DNA from: Actinomycetota bacterium
GTDB taxonomy: Bacteria > Actinomycetota > Acidimicrobiia > Acidimicrobiales > Aldehydirespiratoraceae
DNA length: 53,478 nt
Assembly: GCA_009937405.1 (NCBI GenBank)
Contig: JAACCU010000113.1
Coordinates: 1 to 53,478, forward strand
Direction: 5' to 3'
The position numbers were made by a program, and so were the translations under genes. The notes beneath the pieces are model-generated. The model worked only from the letters and a program-made list of their open reading frames with translations. It did not search any database and had not been told where the DNA came from. Positions 18,858 through 27,752 of this stretch are shown here, in pieces (the first letter of the stretch is position 1; every line of letters starts with the position of its first letter).

Positions 18858-19652
18858 CTACCAGAGGTCGTCGATGTAGCGGTCGGTGCCAGGAACGGTT
18901 GGAATGTAGGGGGCCGTCCACACGTGGGCGGCGAGGCCGGTCGCTTCCAGATCGTCGCCCCATTTGCCGTACCCGTCGGCCCAGCGCTCAGAGGGATCGT
19001 GGTCGAGGAAGTGGAGTTGGATGAAGCGCCGGTCGTCGGGTTCATTGGCGGGCACGTCGGGGGCATCGTCGGGCAGCGGGAGCATGGTCGATGTGCCAAT
19101 GACCGATGGTCCCCACGGTTGGCTGAAGGCATGACTGCTCCATGCCCCAGTCCATGCCTCAACGTCGTTGTGTGATGCATCCTCGTGCAACCGACCCGCA
19201 GTTATCACGAGTCCGTCGAAGGCCCGGTCGAGGGCAAGCTCAATCGGGGTGTCGCGTTGGTGGGCGGTTCGGTGTTCGTACATTGCCGTGTGGGTGTGAT
19301 CGCGATGCGAAAACATGCGTCCGGTGGCGTGCAGGTCCATCACGGTGTCGAGCGCCCACGCGGACCACTCATCGTGAAAGCCTTTCTGAATCCAGTAGAT
19401 GGCGAGGAGACTTCCGCCCAGCGGATCGGCGCACATCGGCGACGTGGCGGGAGAGCGCAGATCCTTCAGTCGCTTTGGCGCCACGAACCGGCCACCGGCA
19501 AAGCAATGGGGGCCGGCCAGGCACCCGGCATAGAAGTGATCGGTCTCGTACCAGCGGTTGTAGTCGAACTCGTGGCCGCGGTGAGGCTCCACGGCGGTGA
19601 ACAGGAGTGTTCCAAGGTCGACGGGTGCAGCCACGCTTCGACGATATCGCAT
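18858..19652 (-). CDS. conserved hypothetical protein
   Basis: 264-aa ORF co-directional with and 6 nt upstream of the LLM gene. It contains VEPHRGHEFDYNRWYETDHFYAG, and I cannot place it in a named family. Start ATG 19652 (GTG 19634 is an alternative). Confidence 0.55.
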   Translation of the reverse strand: MRYRRSVAAPVDLGTLLFTAVEPHRGHEFDYNRWYETDHFYAGCLAGPHCFAGGRFVAPKRLKDLRSPATSPMCADPLGGSLLAIYWIQKGFHDEWSAWALDTVMDLHATGRMFSHRDHTHTAMYEHRTAHQRDTPIELALDRAFDGLVITAGRLHEDASHNDVEAWTGAWSSHAFSQPWGPSVIGTSTMLPLPDDAPDVPANEPDDRRFIQLHFLDHDPSERWADGYGKWGDDLEATGLAAHVWTAPYIPTVPGTDRYIDDLW

Positions 19653-19675
19653 GAATCTGACACGGCTTCAGATTC
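19653..19675. promoter_or_regulatory. palindromic operator-like site 6 of 13
   Basis: GAATCTGA-CACGGCT-TCAGATTC, with 8-bp arms (core 19656..19672). It abuts the minus-strand start at 19652 and lies 25 nt from the plus start at 19698. Confidence 0.8.
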
Positions 19676-19697
19676 AGGGGCTGACTAAGGTCGAGGG

Positions 19698-20306
19698 ATG
19701 CGACGTGTTTCGTTGGAGACCACAGCCGTTGTCACGATGGAATTGCAGCGAGGCATCTGTGGCGATCTGGCCTCCATCCACACTCTGGGTGACGCCATGC
19801 TCGAACGCGGCATTGCTCAGCGTGCGGGTCGGTTGGTCGTTGGCGCTCGACAGGCGGGACTCACGATCGTGCATTGCACCTTCAGCCTGCGACCCGACCG
19901 CCTCGGCACCGACATGTCACTGCCGTTGTTACGGGCGGCCCAGTCCGACCCAGGCTATCTCCTCGATGGCACGGCCTCGACAGAGTTGCTCCCCGAGATC
20001 GTGCCTGACACGAGTGACATCATCTGCAACCGCCACCACGGGGTGAGCCCCTTCGCAGGCACCGACCTCGACGCCATATTGGGGCGCCACGGCATCGATA
20101 CATTGGTTGTGGCCGGTGTCTCGCTCAACGTCGGGATCACGGGGCTGGCAATCGAGGCGGTCAACTACGGCTACAGAGTGCTTGTCGCCCGCGATGCGGT
20201 GATTGGCGTGCCGGTCGCCTACGGCGATGAAGTACTTCGAAACTCGCTTGCCCCGATCGCCACCCTCACTGAGGTCGACGATCTCATTGCAGCCTTAGCG
20301 CAGTAG
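19698..20306 (+). CDS. isochorismatase-family hydrolase
   Basis: DTLVVAGVSLNVGITGLAIEAVNYGYRVLVARDAV is typical family architecture. Its 3' end overlaps the convergent LLM gene by 12 nt. Confidence 0.7.
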   Translation: MRRVSLETTAVVTMELQRGICGDLASIHTLGDAMLERGIAQRAGRLVVGARQAGLTIVHCTFSLRPDRLGTDMSLPLLRAAQSDPGYLLDGTASTELLPEIVPDTSDIICNRHHGVSPFAGTDLDAILGRHGIDTLVVAGVSLNVGITGLAIEAVNYGYRVLVARDAVIGVPVAYGDEVLRNSLAPIATLTEVDDLIAALAQ

Positions 20307-21173
20307 CGGCAATAGTTCGGCTCCGGCCCAGCTGAGTTGATTGCAGTACTCGTCGAGGCTGTTGGCCATAACACGGACCTGGATCTGGTTCACATCGGTC
20401 GGCATTGATGACAAGAGTTGGTCTGCGACCCCCGAGGGGCTCCCGGTGATGGTGTATTTCCCTACGTCGGAACCCGGAGTACCAAGATGGATCGGCGGGG
20501 CGATGTGGCCGATGGCGAAGCCATCGACGGGTCGTTGGGCGCGTTCAAGGCGGTCTTTCACCGACTTGACGAGGCGGGGGGTTGCCGGGCCCTGAGGGAG
20601 CCAGCCATCACCGACCTCAACGGCGCGTCGGATGGCGGGGGCCGAAGACCCGGCGACCCAGATTGGGGGTCGCGGGTGCTGAGTCGGACGAGGTGATGCC
20701 CCGAATCCTGCGACGAACTCATTTTCGAGCGCGAGGATCAGTTGCGGTAGACGTTCGTCCATGACTCGCCCGCGGCTACTGAAGTCGAGATTGAGCAGGG
20801 CGAATTCCTCGGCCAGATGGCCTGCCCCGATGCCAGCGACCAGTCGACCCTCAGACAGATGATCGACTGCAGAAAGTTGCTTGGCTGCCACCCGTGCATG
20901 GCGATACGGCAGCACATAGACATGAGTGAGCAGGTGTATTCGTTTTGTCTTTGCCGCCAACCAGGAGAGTGTGGCGATGGGATCCATCCAGTGGGTTCCC
21001 ATTGATGAGGCGGCGCGTTCGGGGATGGCAATGTGGTCGCATACGCCGACATAGTCGAACCCTGCGACCTCGCATGTCTGGGCCACCTGGGCGAGATCCT
21101 CGGGGCTAGCGGAACGTTCCCACTCGGCGACGAACAGCGAACTCTGAGCCTGGATGGGGAGTTGGGTGCCCAC
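20295..21173 (-). CDS. luciferase-like monooxygenase (LLM) family oxidoreductase
   Basis: GTG 21173 gives VGTQLPIQAQSS...GFDYVGVCDHIAIP...VLPYRH...GRLVAGIGAGHLAEEF. The longer ORF-track start would overlap the upstream BVMO gene. Confidence 0.8.
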   Translation of the reverse strand: MGTQLPIQAQSSLFVAEWERSASPEDLAQVAQTCEVAGFDYVGVCDHIAIPERAASSMGTHWMDPIATLSWLAAKTKRIHLLTHVYVLPYRHARVAAKQLSAVDHLSEGRLVAGIGAGHLAEEFALLNLDFSSRGRVMDERLPQLILALENEFVAGFGASPRPTQHPRPPIWVAGSSAPAIRRAVEVGDGWLPQGPATPRLVKSVKDRLERAQRPVDGFAIGHIAPPIHLGTPGSDVGKYTITGSPSGVADQLLSSMPTDVNQIQVRVMANSLDEYCNQLSWAGAELLPLLR

Positions 21174-21210
21174 CCATCGATGCCCGGGGTCGATGCAAAG
21201 CACGGTCGTG

Positions 21211-23004
21211 TCAGTTACGACTGATCTTTGTGCCGGCGAAATCCCCGGCATTGCGCCACTGGACGAGATACTCCGAGTAGTCGAGCAGGCTTCCCGCATA
21301 CACGAGGTTTCGGGCAGCTTTCGCCGTGCGTTGACCTTCGCTGTTGTAATACCCGGGTGTGCATGTCTGGCTGTAGCGGGCAATGCCGCCCACAACGGTA
21401 TAAAGCACGCCGAGCCACTCTTCCTCGGCTTCGGGAGTGGCTTCGATCTCGCTGATGCCCTGCTCCATGCATTCGTTGATGAGCCAGGCCACATGGTGAG
21501 CTGACTGGGCGAGGAAGTGCAGGAAGTTCGTGCCGAAGCCCGCCTGCACGAGGCTGATCATCATCATGTTCGGGAATTCCCCGGAGAGCACGCCGTGCAG
21601 GCTGTGGGCGCCGTCGCTCCAGCGTTCGCTCAACGAGATGCCGCCGCGCCCCTTTGGGTCGAAGCCGAGGCGCTGGTCAAGATCGGTGGTGACCTCAAAC
21701 CCGGAGGCAAAGATCAACAGGTCGAGCGGGTATTCCTCGCCATCGACGACGACCCCTGATTCGGTGATTTGCTCGACGCCTCGTCCGTTTGTATCGACCA
21801 GGTGGACGTTGGGCTGATTGAACGCCGGGAGGTATTCGTCGTGGAAGCAGATCCGTTTGCAGTGTTTGCCATACCAGGGCTTCAGGCGCTCTGCGGTCTC
21901 TGGGTCGTCGACGATCTCATCGATGCGATCGCGTAGTCCTTGCATCATCTCGAAGTCTTCGCGCTCGAGATCCTCGATCTTCTCAGGGTCTTCAGTCGGT
22001 TCCTGGGCGTTGACCCACATCACCTTGGTCCAGCCGTCTGACACCAGATCCTTCTCGGGTTGGATGCCGGTGACGGCGTGGGTGAAGTTTCGGACGCGTT
22101 CCTCATGCCATCCCGGATCGAGGGTGTCGAACCAGGCCGGATCAACTGGCCCGTTATCGCGGACGCCGATTGCCGAAGGGGTGCGTTGGAACACGTAGAG
22201 ATCTTTAGCTGTCTCAGCGAGTCGGGGTACCGCCTGCACGGCGGTCGCACCGGTGCCGATGATGCCAACACGCATGTTGCGGAGCTCTTCCATCGGCTCG
22301 CGTGGGCCGCCACCGGTGAAGCTGTAGTCCCACCGGCTTGTGTGGAAGGCGCGTCCCTGGAAGTCGTTGATTCCGGGGATACCGGGAAGCTTTGCCTTGT
22401 GCAGGATTCCGCCGGCCGTGACGAAGAAACGTGTGGTGATTTCGTCGCCGCGAGTCGTGGTGATCGTCCATCGCTTCGCATCATTGTCCCACACCGGTTC
22501 GTCAATCTCGGTTTGGAACAGGGCATGGGGATAGAGATCAAAATGTCGGCCCAGAAGTTGGCAGTAACCGAAGATTTCCGGCGCGCTGGCATAGCGCTCG
22601 GTTGGCCGGTAACCGGTCTCTTCGAGCAACGGCAGGTAGGTCATTGACTCGACATCGCACATGCAACCCGGGTAACGGTTCCAATACCAGGTTCCGCCGA
22701 AATCGCCGGCTTTCTCGATTATCCGGAAGTTGCGGATGCCGGCGCGGGTGAGATCAATCGCGGTGAGCATTCCGGCGAAGCCTCCGCCCACGATCACCAC
22801 ATCGGTGTCTTCGTTGAGTGGCTCTCGGGTGAAACCCGGTTCGACGTACGGATCGCGGTCGAAGTCAGCGAACTCGCCTTTGAGTTCGCTGTATTGGGCG
22901 AGGCCGTCGACGCGTAGACGCTTCTCGCGCTCCAGGCGGTACCGGTCCTTGGCAGAATCGAGGGCAGCCTGGATGGTGTCGTCGTCCGCGGTCACACGGT
23001 CCAA
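21211..23004 (-). CDS. type I Baeyer-Villiger (flavin-dependent) monooxygenase
   Basis: VVIVGGGFAGM (FAD GxGxxG), FQGRAFHTSRWD (BVMO fingerprint FxGxxxHxxxW) and VGIIGTGATAVQ (NADP GxGxxA/G). TTG start at 23004 (GTG 22995 is an alternative). Confidence 0.9.
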   Translation of the reverse strand: MDRVTADDDTIQAALDSAKDRYRLEREKRLRVDGLAQYSELKGEFADFDRDPYVEPGFTREPLNEDTDVVIVGGGFAGMLTAIDLTRAGIRNFRIIEKAGDFGGTWYWNRYPGCMCDVESMTYLPLLEETGYRPTERYASAPEIFGYCQLLGRHFDLYPHALFQTEIDEPVWDNDAKRWTITTTRGDEITTRFFVTAGGILHKAKLPGIPGINDFQGRAFHTSRWDYSFTGGGPREPMEELRNMRVGIIGTGATAVQAVPRLAETAKDLYVFQRTPSAIGVRDNGPVDPAWFDTLDPGWHEERVRNFTHAVTGIQPEKDLVSDGWTKVMWVNAQEPTEDPEKIEDLEREDFEMMQGLRDRIDEIVDDPETAERLKPWYGKHCKRICFHDEYLPAFNQPNVHLVDTNGRGVEQITESGVVVDGEEYPLDLLIFASGFEVTTDLDQRLGFDPKGRGGISLSERWSDGAHSLHGVLSGEFPNMMMISLVQAGFGTNFLHFLAQSAHHVAWLINECMEQGISEIEATPEAEEEWLGVLYTVVGGIARYSQTCTPGYYNSEGQRTAKAARNLVYAGSLLDYSEYLVQWRNAGDFAGTKISRN

Positions 23005-23024
23005 GGTAGTCGTTTTTCAATGTT

Positions 23025-23041
23025 TCTGACACATCGTCAGA
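23025..23041. promoter_or_regulatory. palindromic operator-like site 7 of 13
   Basis: TCTGACACATCGTCAGA. It lies 20 nt from the BVMO start at 23004 and 29 nt from GTG 23071. Confidence 0.8.
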
Positions 23042-23070
23042 TTTGGTATGAGTGGGCTATTGTCGCATTT

Positions 23071-24510
23071 GTGGACACCACGCAAAACAAGACCGAGTTC
23101 GTTGAGCAGCTCCGAACCCATGTTGGAGCCTCCGGTACACCGCGTGTGGCTCGGGACCCGGTCAACGAGCCGACCATTCGCAACTGGTGTGATGCAATGA
23201 GTGAGGCCAATCCGTACTTCACCGCCCCCGCGGCCGCAGCTGAAGGTCCTCATGGTGGCGTGGTAGCCCCCGCCGCCATGCTCAACGTGTGGACGATGGC
23301 GGGTCTTCACCTTGGCGGACCTCCTCCTCGCGATCCAAACGAACCACGAGTCGGCGTCTATCAACGGCTCGATGCGGCAGGTTTTTCTTCGGTGGTTGCC
23401 ACCAATTCAGACCTGTACTTTGACCGGTGTCTCCGGCCCGGCGATCTTCTGACCGACACAACGCGGCTGCTCGACGTTTCCGAGGAGAAGACAACGCGTC
23501 TCGGGACCGGACACTTTGTCACCACCGAGGCCTCCTACATCGATCAGCTTGGTCGGCCTGTCGGCTCGATGCGATTTCGGATTCTCAAGTACACCAAGCC
23601 GGCTCCCGCTGAGGGGAGCGATGCGGCCGATGAGAGCTCAGCGGACGAGCGAAAGCCTCGGCCTCGGCCGCGGTTCAATCAGGATCAGGCGTGGTTCTGG
23701 GAGGGGCTGCAAGCTCGCGAGCTCAGAATCCAACGGTTCACCGATGACGGATCGCTCGTTCATCCCCCGGCCAACGCCAACCCCAAAACTCAACACCTGG
23801 AGTACGACTGGGTTGTGGCCAGCGGCAAGGCCACGCTCTACAGCTTCACGGTCGCCCACTATCCGCAGGTGCCGTCCTTCGACTATCCCCACGTGGTTGG
23901 CCTGGTCGAACTTGAAGAGGGCGTCCGCATCGTGTCGCCCATCGTTGGCTGCATGCCTGATCAGCTTGAGATTGGTATGCCCCTTGAGCTCAGCTTCGTC
24001 GACACCCACGAGGACGTCACGCTCCACCAGTTCCACCCGGCGGCTCCGCCCCGGTGCGAAAAGAGCCTCTCTGCGGCCGACGTTTCGACCGGTGACCGGC
24101 TGCCTCTGTGCGCCATCTCGCTGACCCCGTCACTCATCGTCTCGACGGCGATTGCTACTCGCGACTTCCAGGAAGTGCACCACGACAAGGCGGAGGCCCA
24201 ACGTCGAGGTTCACCCGACATCTTCATGAACATCTTGACCACGAACGGCGTTGTGGCGCGCTGGATTGGGGACTGGGCCGGAGATGATGTTGTCTTTCGC
24301 AACATCAAGATCAGTCTTGGTGCCCCCAACTACCCAGGCGACATCATGACAATGTCGGGAGCCGTCTCCGAGATTGCTGACGATGGCACCCTCACGGTCG
24401 GTTTCGTCGGCCGTAACTCGGTCGGTGCCCATGTCACTGGCACCGCAGACATTGCGCTGCCCGGCTCGCGGGCCCACGCAGACATGCTCGCAGCAGGGGA
24501 GCGAGCCTGA
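23071..24510 (+). CDS. tri-domain hotdog(MaoC-N)-DUF35(OB-fold)-hotdog(MaoC-C) enoyl-CoA hydratase, ChsH2-ChsH1-fusion-like
   Basis: The N-terminal DPVNEPTIRNWCDAMSEANPYF is a MaoC N-type hotdog. The middle AWFWEGLQARELRIQRF...LYSFTVAHYP...VGLVELEEGVRIVS is a DUF35 OB-fold without CxxC pairs. The C-terminal ATRDFQEVHHDKAEAQRRGSPDIFMNILT is a MaoC hydratase motif. I chose GTG 23071 because ATG 23020 would place the operator inside the CDS. Confidence 0.7.
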   Translation: MDTTQNKTEFVEQLRTHVGASGTPRVARDPVNEPTIRNWCDAMSEANPYFTAPAAAAEGPHGGVVAPAAMLNVWTMAGLHLGGPPPRDPNEPRVGVYQRLDAAGFSSVVATNSDLYFDRCLRPGDLLTDTTRLLDVSEEKTTRLGTGHFVTTEASYIDQLGRPVGSMRFRILKYTKPAPAEGSDAADESSADERKPRPRPRFNQDQAWFWEGLQARELRIQRFTDDGSLVHPPANANPKTQHLEYDWVVASGKATLYSFTVAHYPQVPSFDYPHVVGLVELEEGVRIVSPIVGCMPDQLEIGMPLELSFVDTHEDVTLHQFHPAAPPRCEKSLSAADVSTGDRLPLCAISLTPSLIVSTAIATRDFQEVHHDKAEAQRRGSPDIFMNILTTNGVVARWIGDWAGDDVVFRNIKISLGAPNYPGDIMTMSGAVSEIADDGTLTVGFVGRNSVGAHVTGTADIALPGSRAHADMLAAGERA

Positions 24511-25682
24511 TGTTGAAGTACGCGAACGAGACGGCGATCGTCGGCATCGGTGCCACTGAGTTCTCAAAGAATTCGGGACGAACGCCGATGCAGTTGGCCA
24601 CCGAAGCCTGTATTGCAGCATGTGCAGATGCCGGGCTCGCCCCGAGCGCCGTTGACGGCATGGTCGTCTACTCCGCAGAGAAAAACACCGAAATCGAGGT
24701 CGCCCGAAACCTCGGAGTAGAGCAGTTGACACACTTTTCGATGATCAACCACGGAGGCGGCGCCGCCTGCGGGGTGGTTGCCCAGGCAGCGACGGCCCTT
24801 TACTCCGGAGCGGCCACGTACGTGCTGGTCTACCGGGCATTCAATGAGCGGTCGTGGCATCGATTCGGTCAGGGGGTGCAGGACGTGCACCAGAGCCCCG
24901 AAGCGTTCGACGTGAGCTTCAGTTGGACATCTCCGTTCGGGTTGCTCACGCCGGCGCAGTGGATCGCCATGTTCGCCCGCCGCTACATGCACGAATACGG
25001 CGCCACCACCGAGGATTTCGGTCGCGTTGCGGTGGCGGATCGCAAACATGCCGCCAACAACCCGGCCGCGTTCTTCTACGAAAAGCCGATCACGCTGCAA
25101 GATCACCAAGACAGTCGGTGGATCGCCGAACCTCTACGGCTGCTCGACTGTTGCCAGGAGAGTGACGGTGGCCAGGCGCTTTTGCTGACCACGGTGGACC
25201 GGGCCGCCGACCTGGCCCAGCGGCCGGCCATTGTTTCGTCCGCGGCACAAGGCGTCGCCCCCGATCAGCACATGATGCGCAGCTACTACCGCGAAAGCAT
25301 CACGGGCCTGCCCGAGATGGGTGTCGTCGCGAAGCAGCTATGGGAGTCGACGGGCTTGACCCCAACTGACATCCAAACGGCGATCATCTACGACCACTTC
25401 ACACCGATGGTTCTTCCCCAACTCGAGGAGTTCGGCTTCTGCGGCCGAGGCGAAGCCAAGGACTTCATCGCTGATGGCAACATCGAACTCGGTGGCGGGC
25501 TGCCGATCAATACCAACGGTGGCCAGCTTGGCGAGGCCTACATCCACGGCTTGAACGGGATCGCCGAGGCGGTCCGTCAGATCCGCGGCACGTCGGTCAA
25601 CCAGGTCGACGATGTCGAGCACGTGTTGGTCACTGCCGGAACCGGCGTGCCGACGAGCGGTCTGATTCTGGGGCAGCCCTGA
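24510..25682 (+). CDS. Ltp2-like thiolase-fold protein lacking the nucleophilic Cys (putative retro-aldolase)
   Basis: TAIVGIGATEF aligns with the SCP2-thiolase of 16807. Where that protein has NYCATG, this one reads NHGGGA. TGATG overlap with the upstream hydratase gene. Confidence 0.7.
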   Translation: MLKYANETAIVGIGATEFSKNSGRTPMQLATEACIAACADAGLAPSAVDGMVVYSAEKNTEIEVARNLGVEQLTHFSMINHGGGAACGVVAQAATALYSGAATYVLVYRAFNERSWHRFGQGVQDVHQSPEAFDVSFSWTSPFGLLTPAQWIAMFARRYMHEYGATTEDFGRVAVADRKHAANNPAAFFYEKPITLQDHQDSRWIAEPLRLLDCCQESDGGQALLLTTVDRAADLAQRPAIVSSAAQGVAPDQHMMRSYYRESITGLPEMGVVAKQLWESTGLTPTDIQTAIIYDHFTPMVLPQLEEFGFCGRGEAKDFIADGNIELGGGLPINTNGGQLGEAYIHGLNGIAEAVRQIRGTSVNQVDDVEHVLVTAGTGVPTSGLILGQP

Positions 25683-25698
25683 TCACGCCCAGTGGGGG

Positions 25699-26847
25699 TC
25701 AGAGGCGTTCGATGATGGTGACGTTGGCGACTCCGCCGCCCTCGCACATGGTCTGAAGGCCATAACGGCCGCCGGTGCGCTCGAGTTCGTGCAACATCGT
25801 GGTCATGAGCCGCGCGCCGGTTGCGCCGAGCGGGTGGCCAAGGGCGATGGCCCCACCGTTGACGTTCACCTTTGCCGGGTCGAAGTCGGTTTCTCGCAGC
25901 CATGCGAGCGGCACAACCGCGAACGCTTCGTTGATCTCGACAAGGTCGATGTCGCCGGCCGTGAGCCCAGTCCGCTCTAGCGCACGTTGGGTTGCAGGGA
26001 TCGGAGCGGAGAGCATCATGATCGGATCGTCGGCCATGACCGAGATGTGGTGAATGCGAGCCTTTGGGGTGAGGCCATGTCGCTTCAGGGCGACCTCGTT
26101 GGCGACGAGGATGGCGGCGGATCCATCCGAGATCTGTGACGCGCACGCCGCAGTGAGGTTGCCATCGGGTACGAGCGTCGGCAGAGACTGAATCTTGTCG
26201 ATGTTGGGCTCACGTGGCCCCTCATCGTGTTCTATTCCGGCCAGCGGGGCGATCTCCGGTTCGAATCGACCTTCGGCGCGGGCTCGGATTGCCCGTTCGT
26301 GGGACTGGATGGCGAACGCTTCCATCTCGTCTCGGCCGATGTCCCATTTTTGGCACATCATTTCGGCTCCGACGAACTGGCTGACCTCGCCGGTGCCGTA
26401 GCGGGTTGTCCACCGCGATGAACCGGTGAATGGATCATCAAAGCCCAACGCCTGTCCTGCCACCATCGCCGATGAGATTGGAATCATCGACATGTTTTGG
26501 ACGCCGCCCGCCACAACGAGGTCCATCGTGCCGCTCATGACTGCTTGAGCCGCGAAGTGGACTGCTTGCTGGGCCGAACCGCACTGTCGGTCGATCGTCA
26601 CGCCAGGTACGTGCTCAGGCAGGTCGGCGGCAAGCCAGCAGGTTCGCGCGATGTTGCCGGACTGGGGGCCGACCGAATCGACGTTACCGAAGATGACATC
26701 ATCGACTTCGTTCGGGTCGATGCCGGTGCGCTCGATCAGGGCGCTGATGCTGTGCGCTCCGAGATCGGCGGGATGAACCTCCGAGAGGCCGCCACCGCGC
26801 CGACCAACTGGTGAACGCACTGCGTCGATGATGAATGCTTCAGTCAT
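25699..26847 (-). CDS. acetyl-CoA C-acyltransferase (thiolase)
   Basis: [28 protein letters not shown] and MCEGGGVANV. Confidence 0.9.
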   Translation of the reverse strand: MTEAFIIDAVRSPVGRRGGGLSEVHPADLGAHSISALIERTGIDPNEVDDVIFGNVDSVGPQSGNIARTCWLAADLPEHVPGVTIDRQCGSAQQAVHFAAQAVMSGTMDLVVAGGVQNMSMIPISSAMVAGQALGFDDPFTGSSRWTTRYGTGEVSQFVGAEMMCQKWDIGRDEMEAFAIQSHERAIRARAEGRFEPEIAPLAGIEHDEGPREPNIDKIQSLPTLVPDGNLTAACASQISDGSAAILVANEVALKRHGLTPKARIHHISVMADDPIMMLSAPIPATQRALERTGLTAGDIDLVEINEAFAVVPLAWLRETDFDPAKVNVNGGAIALGHPLGATGARLMTTMLHELERTGGRYGLQTMCEGGGVANVTIIERL

Positions 26848-26859
26848 GGAGTGATATTC

Positions 26860-27663
26860 CTATCGGAGGTTGGGGTCGGTTCGTTTGCCACTGGCAAATA
26901 TTGCGTGCCCCTCGGCGACCGATTCGGGCCGGTTGCCATCGATGATTAGTTGAGGGGCGAGGGCCAGGGCTTCAGAGCGACTCTTCTCGCGTCCGGCCCA
27001 AAGCGCGCGTACGGTGCCTTCGACCGCAGCGGCCGGTTGTGACGCAATGGCGTGGGCGATCCGGCCGGCAGTGGCGTGGAGTTCGTCCAGGGGAACAATG
27101 TCTTGAACGAACCCGATCTGGTGCGCTCGCTGTGCGGTCATGCGCTCATGATTTCCCATGAGCGCGATTCGGGCCAGTTCACCGAACGGCAACTGGCCAA
27201 CAAGCAAGATCGGTTCAAACGCTGCCGTCATGCCGTAGGTGGTGTGAGGGTCAAAGAAGGTCGCAGTCTCGGCGGCAACAATGGTTTCGACTTCCCCAAG
27301 AAGGTAGAAGGCTCCGCCGCACGCCATACCGTTCACGGCGGCGACCACTGGTTTGAAGAGCCCGGCTGACTTCGGGCTGAGGCGGTGACCGGGAGCGTTG
27401 ATCTTCGTTGGGTCGGCCGGCTGGGGAACGTCCCAGTTGCGATCGATTCCGGTGCAGAATGCTTTGTCGCCAGACGCGGTGAGCACCACCGAGCGGACAG
27501 CGCTGTCGTCGCGAATTGTGGTCCACGCGAGTTCTAACTCGTCGGTCAGCTGCTCATCGAACGCATTGTGGCTGTCGGGACGGTTGAGGACCACCCAGGC
27601 GACCGCGCCGTCCAGCCGGGTTAATACCGTGGCAAGTTCGAGGTCAGCAAAAGAGGTGGGCAT
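26860..27663 (-). CDS. enoyl-CoA hydratase/isomerase (crotonase) family
   Basis: ATG 27663 gives MPTSFADLELATV...VAWVVLNRPDSHNAF...AFCTGID...AAVNGMACGGAF. Confidence 0.85.
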   Translation of the reverse strand: MPTSFADLELATVLTRLDGAVAWVVLNRPDSHNAFDEQLTDELELAWTTIRDDSAVRSVVLTASGDKAFCTGIDRNWDVPQPADPTKINAPGHRLSPKSAGLFKPVVAAVNGMACGGAFYLLGEVETIVAAETATFFDPHTTYGMTAAFEPILLVGQLPFGELARIALMGNHERMTAQRAHQIGFVQDIVPLDELHATAGRIAHAIASQPAAAVEGTVRALWAGREKSRSEALALAPQLIIDGNRPESVAEGHAIFASGKRTDPNLR

Positions 27664-27710
27664 GGTCTCATTCTGGATGGTTGGGTCGGTCTTCAACGGT
27701 GATCCCCACA

Positions 27711-27733
27711 GAATCTGAAGGAGCGTCAGATTC
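27711..27733. promoter_or_regulatory. palindromic operator-like site 8 of 13
   Basis: GAATCTGA-AGGAGCG-TCAGATTC, with 8-bp arms (core 27714..27730). It lies 22 nt upstream of ATG 27753. Confidence 0.8.
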
Positions 27734-27752
27734 CGATGCTACGCTCGAAATC

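Noticed and set aside
23020-23070. ORF-track start ATG 23020 for the hotdog-DUF35-hotdog gene.
   Set aside because: It would place operator site 7 inside the coding sequence and leave only 15 nt to the divergent BVMO start. GTG 23071 is preferred, tentatively, and N-terminal mapping would settle it.
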